A stretch of DNA of 63,030 bases, filler included. It is 4 parts of 4 records of this genome, joined end to end, with 100 filler letters (N's around TTAATTAATTAA, not from the genome) between each part and the next. Parts side by side here need not be neighbours in the genome. Positions count along the whole stretch, not along the records: positions 26,294 to 55,783 come from SRR31156797_11482; positions 55,884 to 63,030 come from SRR31156797_11494; 2 more parts are not named here. One strand, 5' to 3'. Positions 45,296 to 55,884 of the stretch are shown one piece after another (positions within the stretch are counted from its first letter, which is position 1; each line of letters opens with the position of its first letter). A model generated the notes under the pieces. That model searched no databases. It was not told where the DNA came from and worked only from the letters and a program-made list of their open reading frames with translations. Both the position numbers and the translations under genes were made by a program.

Positions 45296-47703
45296 TCAAA
45301 CCGGGTGATTTTTTCAATACCCTTTACTTTCAGTAACTTTTGTTTAAGAAACCCGAGGTGTTCCACATCCCGTATCTGGACCCTTATCAATCCTTCGAAC
45401 ACACTGCCTTTTGTTTGAAACCTGATATCTTTCATATTCACTTTCAGGTCGTTTGAAATGATTTTTGTAATATCATTGATAAGCCCAATTCGGTCTGATC
45501 CTACAACTTTGAGGTTTGTTACAAAAAATTGTGTCGAACGGGTTTCTTTCCACCGGGCATCGATGCGGCGATAAGGATAATGCTTGAGCAATTGCTTGGC
45601 ATTGGGGCAATCTTTACGGTGGATTTTGATGCCACTATTTACGGTAATGAAACCAAAAATTTTATCTCCGGCAATTGGGTTACAGCATTTGGCCAGCGAA
45701 TAGTTGAGGTTGGTTACACCAGTTTCAATCAGGATAAAACCGTGGTCTTTTTCCGATTGCGATTCGATGACCTCCTCGGTCAGTTCAAAATTAGGAGATG
45801 CCGGATCTTTTTTACTTTCATCAATTTCAAGGGTCTGGAATATCTGTCGTATCTCCTGCACGTCAATTTTACCAATTGCGACATTGAAGAACAGATCCAC
45901 AGGTTTTTGAAGATTGTAATATTTTATGGTTTTGCTGATATTCTTGTCATTGAATTCAATCTTCCAGTTTTTAAACTTACGGATCAATGTTTCTTTTCCA
46001 GTTTCGGCATCTTTAAACTTTTCTTCACGCAGCGCACGGTTTATGCGGGTTTTAGCTTTTGAAGTTACTACATAGTTGAGCCAGTCGATATTGGGCTTTT
46101 GTTTTTTCGAGGTAATGATCTCAACCATGTCGCCGTTGCTTAGCTTGTGGCGAATGGGTTTTACTTTGCCATTTACTTTTCCGCCGGTACATTTGGCTCC
46201 GACGCCAGTGTGAATATCGAATGCGAAATCAAGAACTGTGGCACCATTGCGGAGTTCCCGAAGGTCGTTTGTTGGGGTAAAAACATATATTTTTTCAGAA
46301 TCTCCCTTTATCCTGGAGCTAGTTCCATCATCCAGCTTTTGAGCGCCCATATTTTCAAGCACATTCCGGATGTCATTCATCCAGCTGCCAACATCTTTTC
46401 CATATGCCGATTCTTTGTATCGCCAGTGTGCAGCGCTACCGGTTTCAGCGTGCTCATCCATTCTTTTCGTCCTGATCTGTACTTCAACATATTTATTATC
46501 GGGGCCAAGCACGGTGGTATGCAGCGATTCGTATCCACTGGCTTTAGGTGCCGAAATCCAATCACGCAAACGTTTTGGATTGGGCGAGTATATGTTGGTT
46601 ATCAGGGAATAAGCTTTCCAGCAGGCTGTTTTTTCACGATGCATCAGGTCGAGGTATCGCTTTCGCTTAGCTTCAAATTCCTGAAGTTTTTCTCGTTGAA
46701 TTTCTTTTTCAATGGCGAGTTCTTCATGAAAATCTTCTTCCATTTCTTCATGTGAGCCATTTCCATTCATACCTATTTTAAGCTTGCGTTCATTCCGCGG
46801 GTCGCCATGTTCTCGAATGAATTTTTCATAATCTTCCACAAACTCATATTCTGCCTCATTTAGCGTATCCTTAATTATAACACGGATGGCAAACAGGTCG
46901 TAAACCTGGTCGAGGTCAACGCCCTGTTTTTCCATTTTCCTTTTAATGGATGAGATGGTCTTGGTTCTGCTCTTCAATTCAAATTGCATCCCCTCCTGCT
47001 CCAGCACTTTACGAATAGGAGCAATAAACCGTTTGATATATTTTTCCTGTTCTTCCCGGCTTTCGTTGAGCTTCAACTCGATCTGCCTGTATTCCTCCGG
47101 GGAGGAATGTTTAAGTTCAAGGTCTTCCAGTTCAGCTTTGATCTGGTAGAGGCCAAGCCTGTGGGCGATGGGAATATACAGGTAGCTGACATCATCAAGA
47201 AACCACTTTTTCAATGTTTCCGGCAGGTGGTCGTAAATTCGCATATCGTAAAGGCGGTGTGCCATTTTTATGAAGATAATGCGGATGTCTTCAACGGTGT
47301 TCAGATAGAGGCTTCTGAAATTTTCGGACTGCAGGCTGACTTTATCTGAATGAAAACCTGATATCTTTTTGAAACCCCGGACGATTGTTGCAACTTCTTT
47401 CCCAAATTCTTTTTCCACACTTTTCGGGAAATCCTGTTCAGTATCATCTATGATGTCATGAAGCAGGGCAGCGATTACGGATATCTGTTTCAGGCCAATT
47501 TCCTCTGAAACAATTTTGGCGACTTTCAGGCTTTGTACAATCTTCAATTCACCGGTTTCGAGCCTTTGATCCCGGTAAATGCCTTTTGCAAACTCATAAG
47601 CCTTATCAAGTTTTTTGAGTTCTTCAGGGGGGCAATTAATGCAGGAGCGTTTTAGTGCTTCAAAATGTTTTATGATCTCCATTTCTTCCACTACTTTAGT
47701 CAT
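45292..47703 (-). CDS. relA: RelA/SpoT (p)ppGpp synthetase with HD, SYNTH, TGS, ZFD, ACT domains
   Basis: PIAHRLGL, YDLFAIRV, RDWISAPKASGYESLHTTV, EVQIRT, AAHWRYK, DFAFDIHT, AKCCNP, C-terminal ACT. Confidence 0.9.
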   Translation of the reverse strand: MTKVVEEMEIIKHFEALKRSCINCPPEELKKLDKAYEFAKGIYRDQRLETGELKIVQSLKVAKIVSEEIGLKQISVIAALLHDIIDDTEQDFPKSVEKEFGKEVATIVRGFKKISGFHSDKVSLQSENFRSLYLNTVEDIRIIFIKMAHRLYDMRIYDHLPETLKKWFLDDVSYLYIPIAHRLGLYQIKAELEDLELKHSSPEEYRQIELKLNESREEQEKYIKRFIAPIRKVLEQEGMQFELKSRTKTISSIKRKMEKQGVDLDQVYDLFAIRVIIKDTLNEAEYEFVEDYEKFIREHGDPRNERKLKIGMNGNGSHEEMEEDFHEELAIEKEIQREKLQEFEAKRKRYLDLMHREKTACWKAYSLITNIYSPNPKRLRDWISAPKASGYESLHTTVLGPDNKYVEVQIRTKRMDEHAETGSAAHWRYKESAYGKDVGSWMNDIRNVLENMGAQKLDDGTSSRIKGDSEKIYVFTPTNDLRELRNGATVLDFAFDIHTGVGAKCTGGKVNGKVKPIRHKLSNGDMVEIITSKKQKPNIDWLNYVVTSKAKTRINRALREEKFKDAETGKETLIRKFKNWKIEFNDKNISKTIKYYNLQKPVDLFFNVAIGKIDVQEIRQIFQTLEIDESKKDPASPNFELTEEVIESQSEKDHGFILIETGVTNLNYSLAKCCNPIAGDKIFGFITVNSGIKIHRKDCPNAKQLLKHYPYRRIDARWKETRSTQFFVTNLKVVGSDRIGLINDITKIISNDLKVNMKDIRFQTKGSVFEGLIRVQIRDVEHLGFLKQKLLKVKGIEKITRFD

Positions 47704-47830
47704 CAGGTCTTCAGGTTTATACTCTGGTCAATAAATTTCATTCTACTAACGGCAGGTGTCGGTTCTAAGTATTATTTGAAGGGTTATTTAAACACGGCTA
47801 TAAATTGTAATACAGGCTCGCCTTAAAATG

Positions 47831-47863
47831 AAAAAACCCGGAGTTTTAGCCCCGGGTTTTTTT
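47831..47863 (-). terminator. Intrinsic terminator downstream of floA
   Basis: aaaaaacccgg-loop-ccgggttttttt. Confidence 0.75.
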
Positions 47864-47880
47864 AATGATGATTTAAGAAT

Positions 47881-48891
47881 TTATTTCTTCGAATCACCTT
47901 TTCTCGGGTCCTTCTTTGGCGGCTGATCCTGAGGAGATGCAATTGAATCCCTCATTTTTGTATCAGCCTGAATATTTTCAAATTTATAATAATCCATAAT
48001 ACCAAGCTTTCCGTTTCTGAACGCGTCAGAAATTGCTTTTGGAATTTCAGCCTCAGCCTGGATAACATTGGCACGGGCTTCCTGGGCTTTGGCTTTCATT
48101 TCCTGCTCGGCAGCAATAGCCATGGCACGTCTTTCCTCAGCTTTGGCCTGGGCAATATTCTTATCGGCATTGGCCTGATCCATTTGTAGAACCGCACCAA
48201 TATTCTTACCAACATCAATGTCAGCGATATCAATTGAAAGAATTTCAAAAGCTGTTCCGGAGTCAAGCCCTTTTTCCAGCACTACACGTGAAATGGAATC
48301 CGGATTCTCAAGAACCCGTTTATGTGAATCAGCTGAACCGATTGAAGAAACAACGCCTTCACCAACGCGGGCAAGGATGGTTTCCTCGCCGGCACCACCA
48401 ACAAGTTGCTTGATGTTTGCTCGAACGGTAATCCTTGCTTTTGCGATTAGCTGGATACCATCTTTAGCAACAGCAGCAACCGGGGGAGTATTAATTACCT
48501 TTGGGTTTACAGACATTTGAACGGCTTCAAATACATCACGGCCTGCCAGGTCGATGGCGGTTGCAGTTTTAAAGTCAAGGTCCATATTGGCTTTGTCAGC
48601 AGAGATCAGGGCATTAACAACTGACTGAACCTTTCCTCCAGCCAGGTAGTGTGCTTCCAGGTCATTTCTATTGAGATGCAAGCCCGCTTTGGTTGCTGCA
48701 ATCAAGCTGTTTACAATTACAGGTGGTTTAATTTTTCTCCAGCGCATCAGCACCAGCTGGATCAGGGAAATTCTAACACCTGAAACAAGTGCTGAAAACC
48801 ATAGTCCGACGGGGATAAAATAAAAGATCACCCAAAGCCCGAACAATGATGCTACGCCAATGGCAATAATTACAAATACACTGTTTTCCAT
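47881..48891 (-). CDS. floA: Flotillin-like protein FloA (YqfA, UPF0365)
   Basis: [53 protein letters not shown]. Confidence 0.92.
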   Translation of the reverse strand: MENSVFVIIAIGVASLFGLWVIFYFIPVGLWFSALVSGVRISLIQLVLMRWRKIKPPVIVNSLIAATKAGLHLNRNDLEAHYLAGGKVQSVVNALISADKANMDLDFKTATAIDLAGRDVFEAVQMSVNPKVINTPPVAAVAKDGIQLIAKARITVRANIKQLVGGAGEETILARVGEGVVSSIGSADSHKRVLENPDSISRVVLEKGLDSGTAFEILSIDIADIDVGKNIGAVLQMDQANADKNIAQAKAEERRAMAIAAEQEMKAKAQEARANVIQAEAEIPKAISDAFRNGKLGIMDYYKFENIQADTKMRDSIASPQDQPPKKDPRKGDSKK

Positions 48892-48896
48892 TACTT

Positions 48897-49370
48897 TTAT
48901 TTTTTAGGTTTTACGTAAATTTTATTGAATTCGATTTTGGTAACCACTACCTCTGTTTCCTGATCTACAAACTCACCCGATGTTCTAACCTCGTAGTAGT
49001 CATCATTAATAAAAGCTTTGCCCATCGGGACGAGCCTTGAAACAGCTTTCCCTACATCACCTGCCTTAACTTTGTCAGCCTCATAAACATTGGTTTTGCC
49101 ATCAATTTCGGTGTGCAACATGGCCCGGTTCCAGGTCTTTGATCTAAGCGACAAAGCCAGCGCTCCAAGCGTAAGGATTACAGAGCCAGCCAAAACATAA
49201 TGGCCTGTTTCTGACCCATAAACCAAATATGTTTGCCAAATGCCGATGGCCATAAGGATAAAGCCAACAACACCTACAATAGTGCTGCCGGGGACCACCA
49301 GAATCTCAAGAATCAGGAAAATCAACCCGATAACGATTAGTGCAGCAATTACAGTCCAGGACATGGGCAA
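48897..49370 (-). CDS. NfeD-like membrane protein
   Basis: Three TM helices + C-terminal OB fold ([13 protein letters not shown]); canonical partner upstream of floA. Confidence 0.85.
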   Translation of the reverse strand: MPMSWTVIAALIVIGLIFLILEILVVPGSTIVGVVGFILMAIGIWQTYLVYGSETGHYVLAGSVILTLGALALSLRSKTWNRAMLHTEIDGKTNVYEADKVKAGDVGKAVSRLVPMGKAFINDDYYEVRTSGEFVDQETEVVVTKIEFNKIYVKPKK

Positions 49371-49379
49371 AAAATTAAA

Positions 49380-49652
49380 TTAATTTATTGATACGGTTAA
49401 ACCCCGGTCAGTCATTTCTCTGCTCATGGGTTTGAGTTCATCAAAATCACCACTTTTAACAGTACACTTTCCTTTGTAGTGAACAATCAGTGTAAGCTGT
49501 TCAGCGGTAATCGGCTCGTGATCACATACTTCGATCAGTGTCTCTATCACAAAATCGAAGGTGTTGTGGTCATCATTGTGGAGGATCAGATTATTGGATT
49601 CACTTGTCTGATCTTCAGTGTTTTCAATTGGTTTTGTGCGTTCCTTAATCAT
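49380..49652 (-). CDS. clpS: ATP-dependent Clp protease adaptor ClpS
   Basis: LILHNDDHNTFDFVI, VHYKGK. Confidence 0.9.
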   Translation of the reverse strand: MIKERTKPIENTEDQTSESNNLILHNDDHNTFDFVIETLIEVCDHEPITAEQLTLIVHYKGKCTVKSGDFDELKPMSREMTDRGLTVSIN

Positions 49653-49759
49653 ATTTCAGATAACATTTAACCCGAAGCAATATTAGGAATATTTTGTTTC
49701 ACGGCAAAGGTAGCAGAATTATTTTTAGTGCGTTGGAAATCCTATTTTTGCAAGCACAA

Positions 49760-50395
49760 ATGAATTCAGAATTTAAAAACTTTATCCACCACTTAAGCAT
49801 CAAGCTAAAGGCAAAGTTACCCGGTGATGCGGCTCATGAATTATTAGCACCTGTTTCGCGCAAAAAATACCCGGCACACCCTGACATTTCTAAAGCAAAA
49901 CCCAGTAGTGTTTTGGCTTTGTTTTATTCCTCCGGAAAATCCATACAACTTGTTTTTATTCAGCGGCCATTTTATGATGGTGTGCATAGTGGCCAAATTG
50001 CTTTTCCCGGTGGGGCTTATGAACCTATTGATCAGGATTTTGAGGATACTGCCCTTCGTGAAACTTTTGAGGAAATCGGAATTCATCCCGAACAGATCTC
50101 CGTTATTGGAAAACTTTCCAATCTCTACATTCCCCCCAGCAATTTTTTGGTACATCCCTACATCGGATATTTAAAGGGAAATCCATATTTCATTCCTGAT
50201 CCACAGGAAGTTTATGAAGTTTTTTCGCTGGACATTTTTGATCTTTTGAGAGAAGAATGTTTTCAAAAGCGTGAGGTATCAGGCCAGGGATACAAATTTA
50301 CAGCACCTTGTTTTTATTTGAATGATCGCCTCATATGGGGCGCAACTTCCATGATATTAAGCGAATTGCTGGAGATCGTCAGGGATATAAAATAA
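49760..50395 (+). CDS. Nudix CoA pyrophosphatase
   Basis: HSGQIAFPGG, TALRETFEEIG, IWGAT; start taken as ATG 49760 after a TATTTTTG box. Confidence 0.88.
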   Translation: MNSEFKNFIHHLSIKLKAKLPGDAAHELLAPVSRKKYPAHPDISKAKPSSVLALFYSSGKSIQLVFIQRPFYDGVHSGQIAFPGGAYEPIDQDFEDTALRETFEEIGIHPEQISVIGKLSNLYIPPSNFLVHPYIGYLKGNPYFIPDPQEVYEVFSLDIFDLLREECFQKREVSGQGYKFTAPCFYLNDRLIWGATSMILSELLEIVRDIK

Positions 50396-50439
50396 GAGCC
50401 GGACTTTGGAGCCCGGCTTCAAAATTACATTTGAAATAT

Positions 50440-50856
50440 TTAATCCAGTATTTTTATTTCGTGGGTGATCTCAGCTGCTTTTTCAAGCATGGCTGTTACG
50501 CCACAATACTTATCCTGTGAAAGGTTAACAGCCTTTTCCAACTTGGCCATTGGCAAATCCTTACCTTTAAAGGAATAGGTAATGTGAATTTTATTGTAAT
50601 ACTTGGGGTGGTCATCCGTTGATTCAGCCGAAACCGAAATGTTGAAATATTCGGGTTCTACACGCATTTTTCTCAGCATTGAAATGACATCCATTCCTGT
50701 GCATCCTCCCAACGATGCAAGTGCCAGTGGCTTGGGTCTTGGGCCGCGGTCCTTTCCCCCAACTGCTTCAACAGCATCAATCATGAATTTATGATTATTT
50801 ACTTCTACATTGAATGACATTTGTTCATGCAATGTTACATCTGCTATTTTTTCCAT
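50440..50856 (-). CDS. OsmC family protein
   Basis: GPRPKPL.LASLGGCTGMD, LSQDKYC. Confidence 0.88.
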   Translation of the reverse strand: MEKIADVTLHEQMSFNVEVNNHKFMIDAVEAVGGKDRGPRPKPLALASLGGCTGMDVISMLRKMRVEPEYFNISVSAESTDDHPKYYNKIHITYSFKGKDLPMAKLEKAVNLSQDKYCGVTAMLEKAAEITHEIKILD

Positions 50857-51084
50857 AACCTAATGTTTTTCATTTATTAATAAATTGCAAAAATAAATAA
50901 AATTATAGTGATATTTATGTGATTTAAAATTATTAACAATCCAAGATAAATTTCCAAAGAAAAAGGTATTGAATTGTAGCAAAGCAAATATTTAATGCAA
51001 GTGAGCGGAAATTAATTTCTCATTCACTCATATATTTTTTACTTTTGATGAAATAATTTGCTGCCAAACTAATAATTCCGGAAA

Positions 51085-51534
51085 ATGATTCACAACGAGG
51101 ATTCATTGATTTTGCTAGTGGATGATAACACCAGTAACCTTAAAGTTCTTGGTGCGGTATTGAGCAGCAAAGGTTACAGGGTAGCTTTGGCTTCCAATGG
51201 TGATGAATGCCTTGAGTTTGTTGATAACCAGTTGCCCGACCTGATTTTTCTTGATATCATGATGCCCGGACTAAATGGTTTTGATGTATGTAAACGATTG
51301 AAGAGCAACCCTAAAACAAAGCATATTCCGGTAATTTTTATTAGTGCATTGGCAAATTCGCAACACATTGCCAAGGCTTTCGATTCAGGCGGTATTGATT
51401 ACCTGGTAAAACCGTTTGATAAAAATGATCTTCTTGCCCGAACAAAAGTCCACCTCGGAATTAAAAGTGAGATGGATACCCTCAGACAAACGGTTATCGA
51501 TCTCGAAGAAAAGGTTAAGCAAATGCAGGGCTGA
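51085..51534 (+). CDS. Stand-alone response regulator receiver with C-terminal coiled coil
   Basis: LVDD, LDIMMPG, FISA, KPF. Confidence 0.88.
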   Translation: MIHNEDSLILLVDDNTSNLKVLGAVLSSKGYRVALASNGDECLEFVDNQLPDLIFLDIMMPGLNGFDVCKRLKSNPKTKHIPVIFISALANSQHIAKAFDSGGIDYLVKPFDKNDLLARTKVHLGIKSEMDTLRQTVIDLEEKVKQMQG

Positions 51535-51698
51535 TTATCCTATTTTACATTTCATAATTGCATCCTTGCGGAAGTTATTTTTTGCAGATGAATTCCAATC
51601 GGATTTATCATACTCATATTTGCCTGTATCCCTTTATTTTCAGTTACTAACAAATTCTTATATTTTCATCTGTAGGTGGGCTTTCACACAAAATATTT

Positions 51699-51706
51699 TA
51701 CCTTTG
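51699..51706 (+). promoter_or_regulatory. Bacteroidota -7 promoter box upstream of serC
   Basis: TACCTTTG. Confidence 0.5.
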
Positions 51707-51752
51707 TGCGCATTGAAAATTCAAGAAATAATCATTTAAAATTAGTCTGGTT

Positions 51753-52826
51753 ATGAAGAAACATAATTTTTATGCAGGGCCATCAATCCTTCCGCAATTT
51801 ACCCTTGATGAAACCATCAAAGCCATTAAGGATTTTGCAGGAACAGGGCTTTCAATCATGGAAATCTCACACCGCAGCAAGGAGTTTGTTGCAGTTATGG
51901 ATGAAGCGCAGTCATTGTTCCGTGAATTGTTGAATATTCCTGAAGGGTATTCCGTAATTTTTGTTGGTGGTGGTGCCAGCACACAGTTTGCCATGGTACC
52001 CTATAATCTGATGAAGAACAAAGCCGCCTACCTGAATACGGGTTCATGGTCGAGTAAAGCCATTAAAGAGGCCAAACTTTTTGGTGAGGTTGTTGAGGTA
52101 GCTTCCTCAAAAGATCAGACCTTTAGCTACATTCCCAAAGGCTGGAAACTCCCTGAGGATGCTGATTATTTCCACATCACAACAAATAATACCATTTACG
52201 GAACCGAAATCCGTGAAGATTTTGATGTGCCCATGCCATTGGTTGCAGACATGTCATCTGATATTTTCAGCCGTCCGGTTGATATTTCGAAATATGCCAT
52301 TATCTATGGTGGTGCCCAGAAAAACCTTGCACCGGCCGGAGTAACCTTTGCCATCGTTCGTAACGATGTACTTGGTAAAGTTGACCGCGAAATCCCGACC
52401 ATGCTCAACTACAAAACGCATATTGATAAAGAATCGATGTTTAATACACCTCCGGTATTGCCTGTATTTGCTGCATTACAAACCTTAAAGTGGCTCAAAG
52501 CACAGGGTGGTATTGCTGAGATGGAAAAAATCAACCTGAAAAAAGCCGGCCTGCTTTATGATGAGATCGACAGGAACCCCATGTTCAAATGCACTGTTGG
52601 CGATCCTGCCGACCGTTCAATCATGAATATTTGCTTTGTAATGAGCGAAGGCTTTGAAGGGTTCGAAAAAGAATTCCTGGAATTTGCCGGAACAAAAGGG
52701 CTGGTAGGTTTGAAAGGTCACCGCTCTGTAGGCGGATTCAGGGCCTCAACATATAACGCATTGCCAACAGAGAGTGTACAGGCTTTGGTGGATGCCATGA
52801 AGGAATTTGAAACCATAAAAGCTTAA
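51753..52826 (+). CDS. serC: Phosphoserine aminotransferase
   Basis: [40 protein letters not shown]. Confidence 0.95.
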   Translation: MKKHNFYAGPSILPQFTLDETIKAIKDFAGTGLSIMEISHRSKEFVAVMDEAQSLFRELLNIPEGYSVIFVGGGASTQFAMVPYNLMKNKAAYLNTGSWSSKAIKEAKLFGEVVEVASSKDQTFSYIPKGWKLPEDADYFHITTNNTIYGTEIREDFDVPMPLVADMSSDIFSRPVDISKYAIIYGGAQKNLAPAGVTFAIVRNDVLGKVDREIPTMLNYKTHIDKESMFNTPPVLPVFAALQTLKWLKAQGGIAEMEKINLKKAGLLYDEIDRNPMFKCTVGDPADRSIMNICFVMSEGFEGFEKEFLEFAGTKGLVGLKGHRSVGGFRASTYNALPTESVQALVDAMKEFETIKA

Positions 52827-52832
52827 AAAGAA

Positions 52833-53762
52833 TTGGATATGAAAAAGTTATTAGTTGCAACTGTAAAACCATTTGCCCCTGCTGCTGTAGATGCCATAAG
52901 AGAAATTGTTGACAAGGCAGGTTATAAATTCGAATTGATCGAAAAATATGAATCACAGGATGACCTGATTAAGGCTGTGGCTGATGCTGATGCCGTGATC
53001 ATTCGTAGCGATAAAGCTACCAAAGAAGTGATTGACGCTGCGAAAAACCTGAAAGTAATTGTGAGAGCTGGGGCAGGTTATGATAACATCGACCTTGAAG
53101 CTTGCACCGCCAATGGTGTTGTTGCCATGAATACACCCGGGCAAAACTCAAATGCTGTCGCTGAGCTTGCCATTGGAATGATGGTTCTTTTAGCCAGGAA
53201 TAATTACAATGGAAAAGCAGGAACTGAACTCAGGGGAAAAACCATCGGAATACATGCATACGGAAATGTTGGGAAATATGTAGCTGCTTTGGCCACAGGA
53301 TTCGGGATGCAGATATTTGCATTTGACCCATTTATCGATAAGCAGGTGATGATTGGTGATGGTGTAACTCCGGTTGACAGTGTAGAGGAGTTATATGAAA
53401 AATCTCAGTATGTATCGTTACATATACCGGCCAACGACAAAACTAAAAATACCATTGGATTTGACTTGTTATCAAAGATGCCACAAAATGCTGTTTTGGT
53501 TAATACTGCTCGCAAGGAAGTAATCAATGAAACAGAGTTGATTAAAGTTTTTGAATCGCGGCAGGATTTCAAATATATTTCGGATATAGCACCGGACTGC
53601 AAACCGGATATTGAAGTAAAATTTCCCGGCAGATTCTTTTTTACACCCAAGAAAATGGGAGCGCAAACCGCTGAAGCAAACATCAATGCTGGTATTGCTG
53701 GTGCAAATCAGATTATTAACTATTTCGAAAATGGCGACACCACTTTCCAGGTGAATAAATAG
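52833..53762 (+). CDS. serA: D-3-phosphoglycerate dehydrogenase (short type; likely start ATG 52839)
   Basis: RAGAGYDNID, NTPGQNSNAVAEL, NTARKE, KMGAQT; follows serC. Confidence 0.85.
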   Translation: MDMKKLLVATVKPFAPAAVDAIREIVDKAGYKFELIEKYESQDDLIKAVADADAVIIRSDKATKEVIDAAKNLKVIVRAGAGYDNIDLEACTANGVVAMNTPGQNSNAVAELAIGMMVLLARNNYNGKAGTELRGKTIGIHAYGNVGKYVAALATGFGMQIFAFDPFIDKQVMIGDGVTPVDSVEELYEKSQYVSLHIPANDKTKNTIGFDLLSKMPQNAVLVNTARKEVINETELIKVFESRQDFKYISDIAPDCKPDIEVKFPGRFFFTPKKMGAQTAEANINAGIAGANQIINYFENGDTTFQVNK

Positions 53763-53791
53763 GTTAATATTTTTATTAATTTTGCCCGGCC

Positions 53792-53834
53792 AAAAATCAG
53801 ACCTGATGATGAACAGTTATCAGGTCTGATTTTT
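53792..53834 (+). terminator. Long hairpin/terminator after serA
   Basis: aaaaatcagacctgat-gatgaacagtt-atcaggtctgattttt, 16-bp perfect stem. Confidence 0.7.
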
Positions 53835-53856
53835 AGTACTTTGAAGTAGTATTTTA

Positions 53857-54279
53857 TTGACTGAATCTATTTTTACTATGGAAGACAACGAAAAGAACAT
53901 GACCTTTTTCAGGTTTGAAGACCTGAGGGTTTATCACAAAGCACTGGACTATGTTGAGTGGGTGCACTCAAATACCGGGCTTTTCCCTGAAAGCGAGATG
54001 CAAAATCTTACAACAAAATTTGTTAATGCCGCACAAGCTATTGCCCTGCAAATTGCCGAAGGCTCATCCCGTAACAAAACGCAGTTTATCTATTATCTTA
54101 AAATGGCAAAATCCTCTATCAGAGAATGTGTTGTATATACTTCAATTGCCCGTGGAATGAATTATATGACAGATACTGCTGTGGATGAATCGAGAGGCCA
54201 ATTGATGGAGCTAACCAAAATGATTGGTGCACTGATTGGATCACTGCAACGGAGCACCCATAGCTACGATGAAAAATAA
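53857..54279 (+). CDS. Four-helix-bundle protein (23S rRNA IVS protein family; likely start ATG 53878)
   Basis: FEDLRVYHKA, FP..E, IAEGSSR, F..YL.MA.SS..EC. Confidence 0.85.
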   Translation: MTESIFTMEDNEKNMTFFRFEDLRVYHKALDYVEWVHSNTGLFPESEMQNLTTKFVNAAQAIALQIAEGSSRNKTQFIYYLKMAKSSIRECVVYTSIARGMNYMTDTAVDESRGQLMELTKMIGALIGSLQRSTHSYDEK

Positions 54280-54325
54280 CCAAATTAATCAGTAGATTTA
54301 TTAACCAAATTTATTAATCAGAAAC

Positions 54326-55576
54326 ATGGCAATATTAAAAGCTTTTAAAGGGTTAAGGCCACCAAAACACATGGCTGAAAAAGTGGCATCACGTCCTTAT
54401 GATGTGCTTAATTCGGCAGAAGCCAGGGATGAAGCAGCAGGTAATGAGCACTCACTGCTTCATGTTATTAAACCTGAAATCGACCTTCCGGCTGGTACTG
54501 ACCTGTATTCACAGGAGGTTTATGACAAAGCACGGGATAATTTTAATGCTTTTCGCGAAAAAGGCTGGCTGGTGCCTGACGAGGGTGAATACCTATACAT
54601 TTATGCGCAAACCATGAACGGGAAAACCCAGTATGGTTTAGTGGGTTGTGCAGCCGTTGAAGACTACATGAACAATGTGATTAAAAAACATGAACTTACA
54701 CGCAAGGTAAAGGAGGAAGACCGTATGAAACATGTTCGGGTAACAAATGCCAACATGGAACCGGTATTTTTTACTTATCCTGCCAAAGCAGAAATTGATG
54801 AAATTGTTGCCAAGTGGGTAAATGAACATCAGCCTGATTATGATTTCACTGCTGTAGATGGTTTTGGCCATCATTTCTGGGCTGTCAATGAAAAGGAAGT
54901 TGTGGATCAATTGATCGCTCTGTTTGGTGAAGTTCCTGCCACTTATGTTGCCGATGGACACCACAGAACAGCCGCCGCTGCGCTGGTTGGAAACGAAAAG
55001 AAACAAAACAATCCTAACCATACCGGTGAAGAAGAATATAATTTTTTCCTCGCGGTTCATTTTCCAGACAACCAACTCACCATTATCGATTACAATCGTG
55101 TGATTACCGATTTGAATGGCTTGAGTAATGATGAATTTATTGAGATGCTCTCAATGCATTTTGTGATCGAGGAAAAAGGGGCCGAAATTTATAAACCGGA
55201 TCGATTGCATAATTTCAGCATGTACCTGGATGGTAAATGGTACTCGCTTACCGCAAAAGAAGGCACATACGACGACAATGATCCCATTGGCGTTCTGGAT
55301 GTAACCATTTTATCCAAACTGGTTTTGGATCCCATTGATATCAAGGATCTCCGCACCTCAAACAGGATTGATTTTGTAGGTGGAATCCGCGGACTGGAAG
55401 AGTTGAAAAAACGCGTTGATTCAGGAGAGATGAAAGCTGCTTTCGCACTTTACCCGGTTTCAATGAAGCAATTGATTGATATTGCCGATACCGGAAACAT
55501 CATGCCTCCAAAAACAACCTGGTTTGAGCCTAAGCTTAGAAGCGGACTTGTAGTACATTCACTTGATAAAATTTAA
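54326..55576 (+). CDS. DUF1015 family protein
   Basis: PYDV, KKHELT, YVADGHHR, MPPKTTWFEPKLRSGL. Confidence 0.9.
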   Translation: MAILKAFKGLRPPKHMAEKVASRPYDVLNSAEARDEAAGNEHSLLHVIKPEIDLPAGTDLYSQEVYDKARDNFNAFREKGWLVPDEGEYLYIYAQTMNGKTQYGLVGCAAVEDYMNNVIKKHELTRKVKEEDRMKHVRVTNANMEPVFFTYPAKAEIDEIVAKWVNEHQPDYDFTAVDGFGHHFWAVNEKEVVDQLIALFGEVPATYVADGHHRTAAAALVGNEKKQNNPNHTGEEEYNFFLAVHFPDNQLTIIDYNRVITDLNGLSNDEFIEMLSMHFVIEEKGAEIYKPDRLHNFSMYLDGKWYSLTAKEGTYDDNDPIGVLDVTILSKLVLDPIDIKDLRTSNRIDFVGGIRGLEELKKRVDSGEMKAAFALYPVSMKQLIDIADTGNIMPPKTTWFEPKLRSGLVVHSLDKI

Positions 55577-55580
55577 TGTT

Positions 55581-55760
55581 ATGGAAATCAAGGAAGTTGT
55601 TTTAAAAACTTTAAAGGGGTCAGACCAGCCTCTGAAAGGTGGAGAAATTGCTGACAAAGCAGGGTTGGATAAAAAGGAAGTTGACAAAGCCATTAAAGTA
55701 CTCAAGAAGGAAGCGTTGATTTTCTCACCAAAACGCTGTTTTTACGACACATCTAAATAG
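55581..55760 (+). CDS. Small winged-helix protein
   Basis: MEIKEVVLKTLK...GEIADKAGLDKKEVDKAIKVLKKE..I.SPKRCFY. Confidence 0.75.
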   Translation: MEIKEVVLKTLKGSDQPLKGGEIADKAGLDKKEVDKAIKVLKKEALIFSPKRCFYDTSK

Positions 55761-55783
55761 TCACCCCTTAAGATCGAATTTAG

Positions 55784-55883
55784 NNNNNNNNNNNNNNNNN
55801 NNNNNNNNNNNNNNNNNNNNNNNNNNNTTAATTAATTAANNNNNNNNNNNNNNNNNNNNNNNNNNNNNNNNNNNNNNNNNNNN
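55784..55883. other. Artificial contig spacer
   Basis: N-run + TTAATTAATTAA + N-run, 100 nt. Confidence 0.98.
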
Positions 55884-55884
55884 A

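Noticed and set aside
45529-47349. Long antisense ORFs (177, 202 and 121 aa) opposite relA, and similar ones opposite other genes
   Set aside because: Shadow ORFs of well-supported genes with no motifs and atypical composition
53857-54279. Four-helix bundle as the Avd of a diversity-generating retroelement
   Set aside because: No reverse transcriptase or TR/VR pair nearby; the context is a serine biosynthesis cluster
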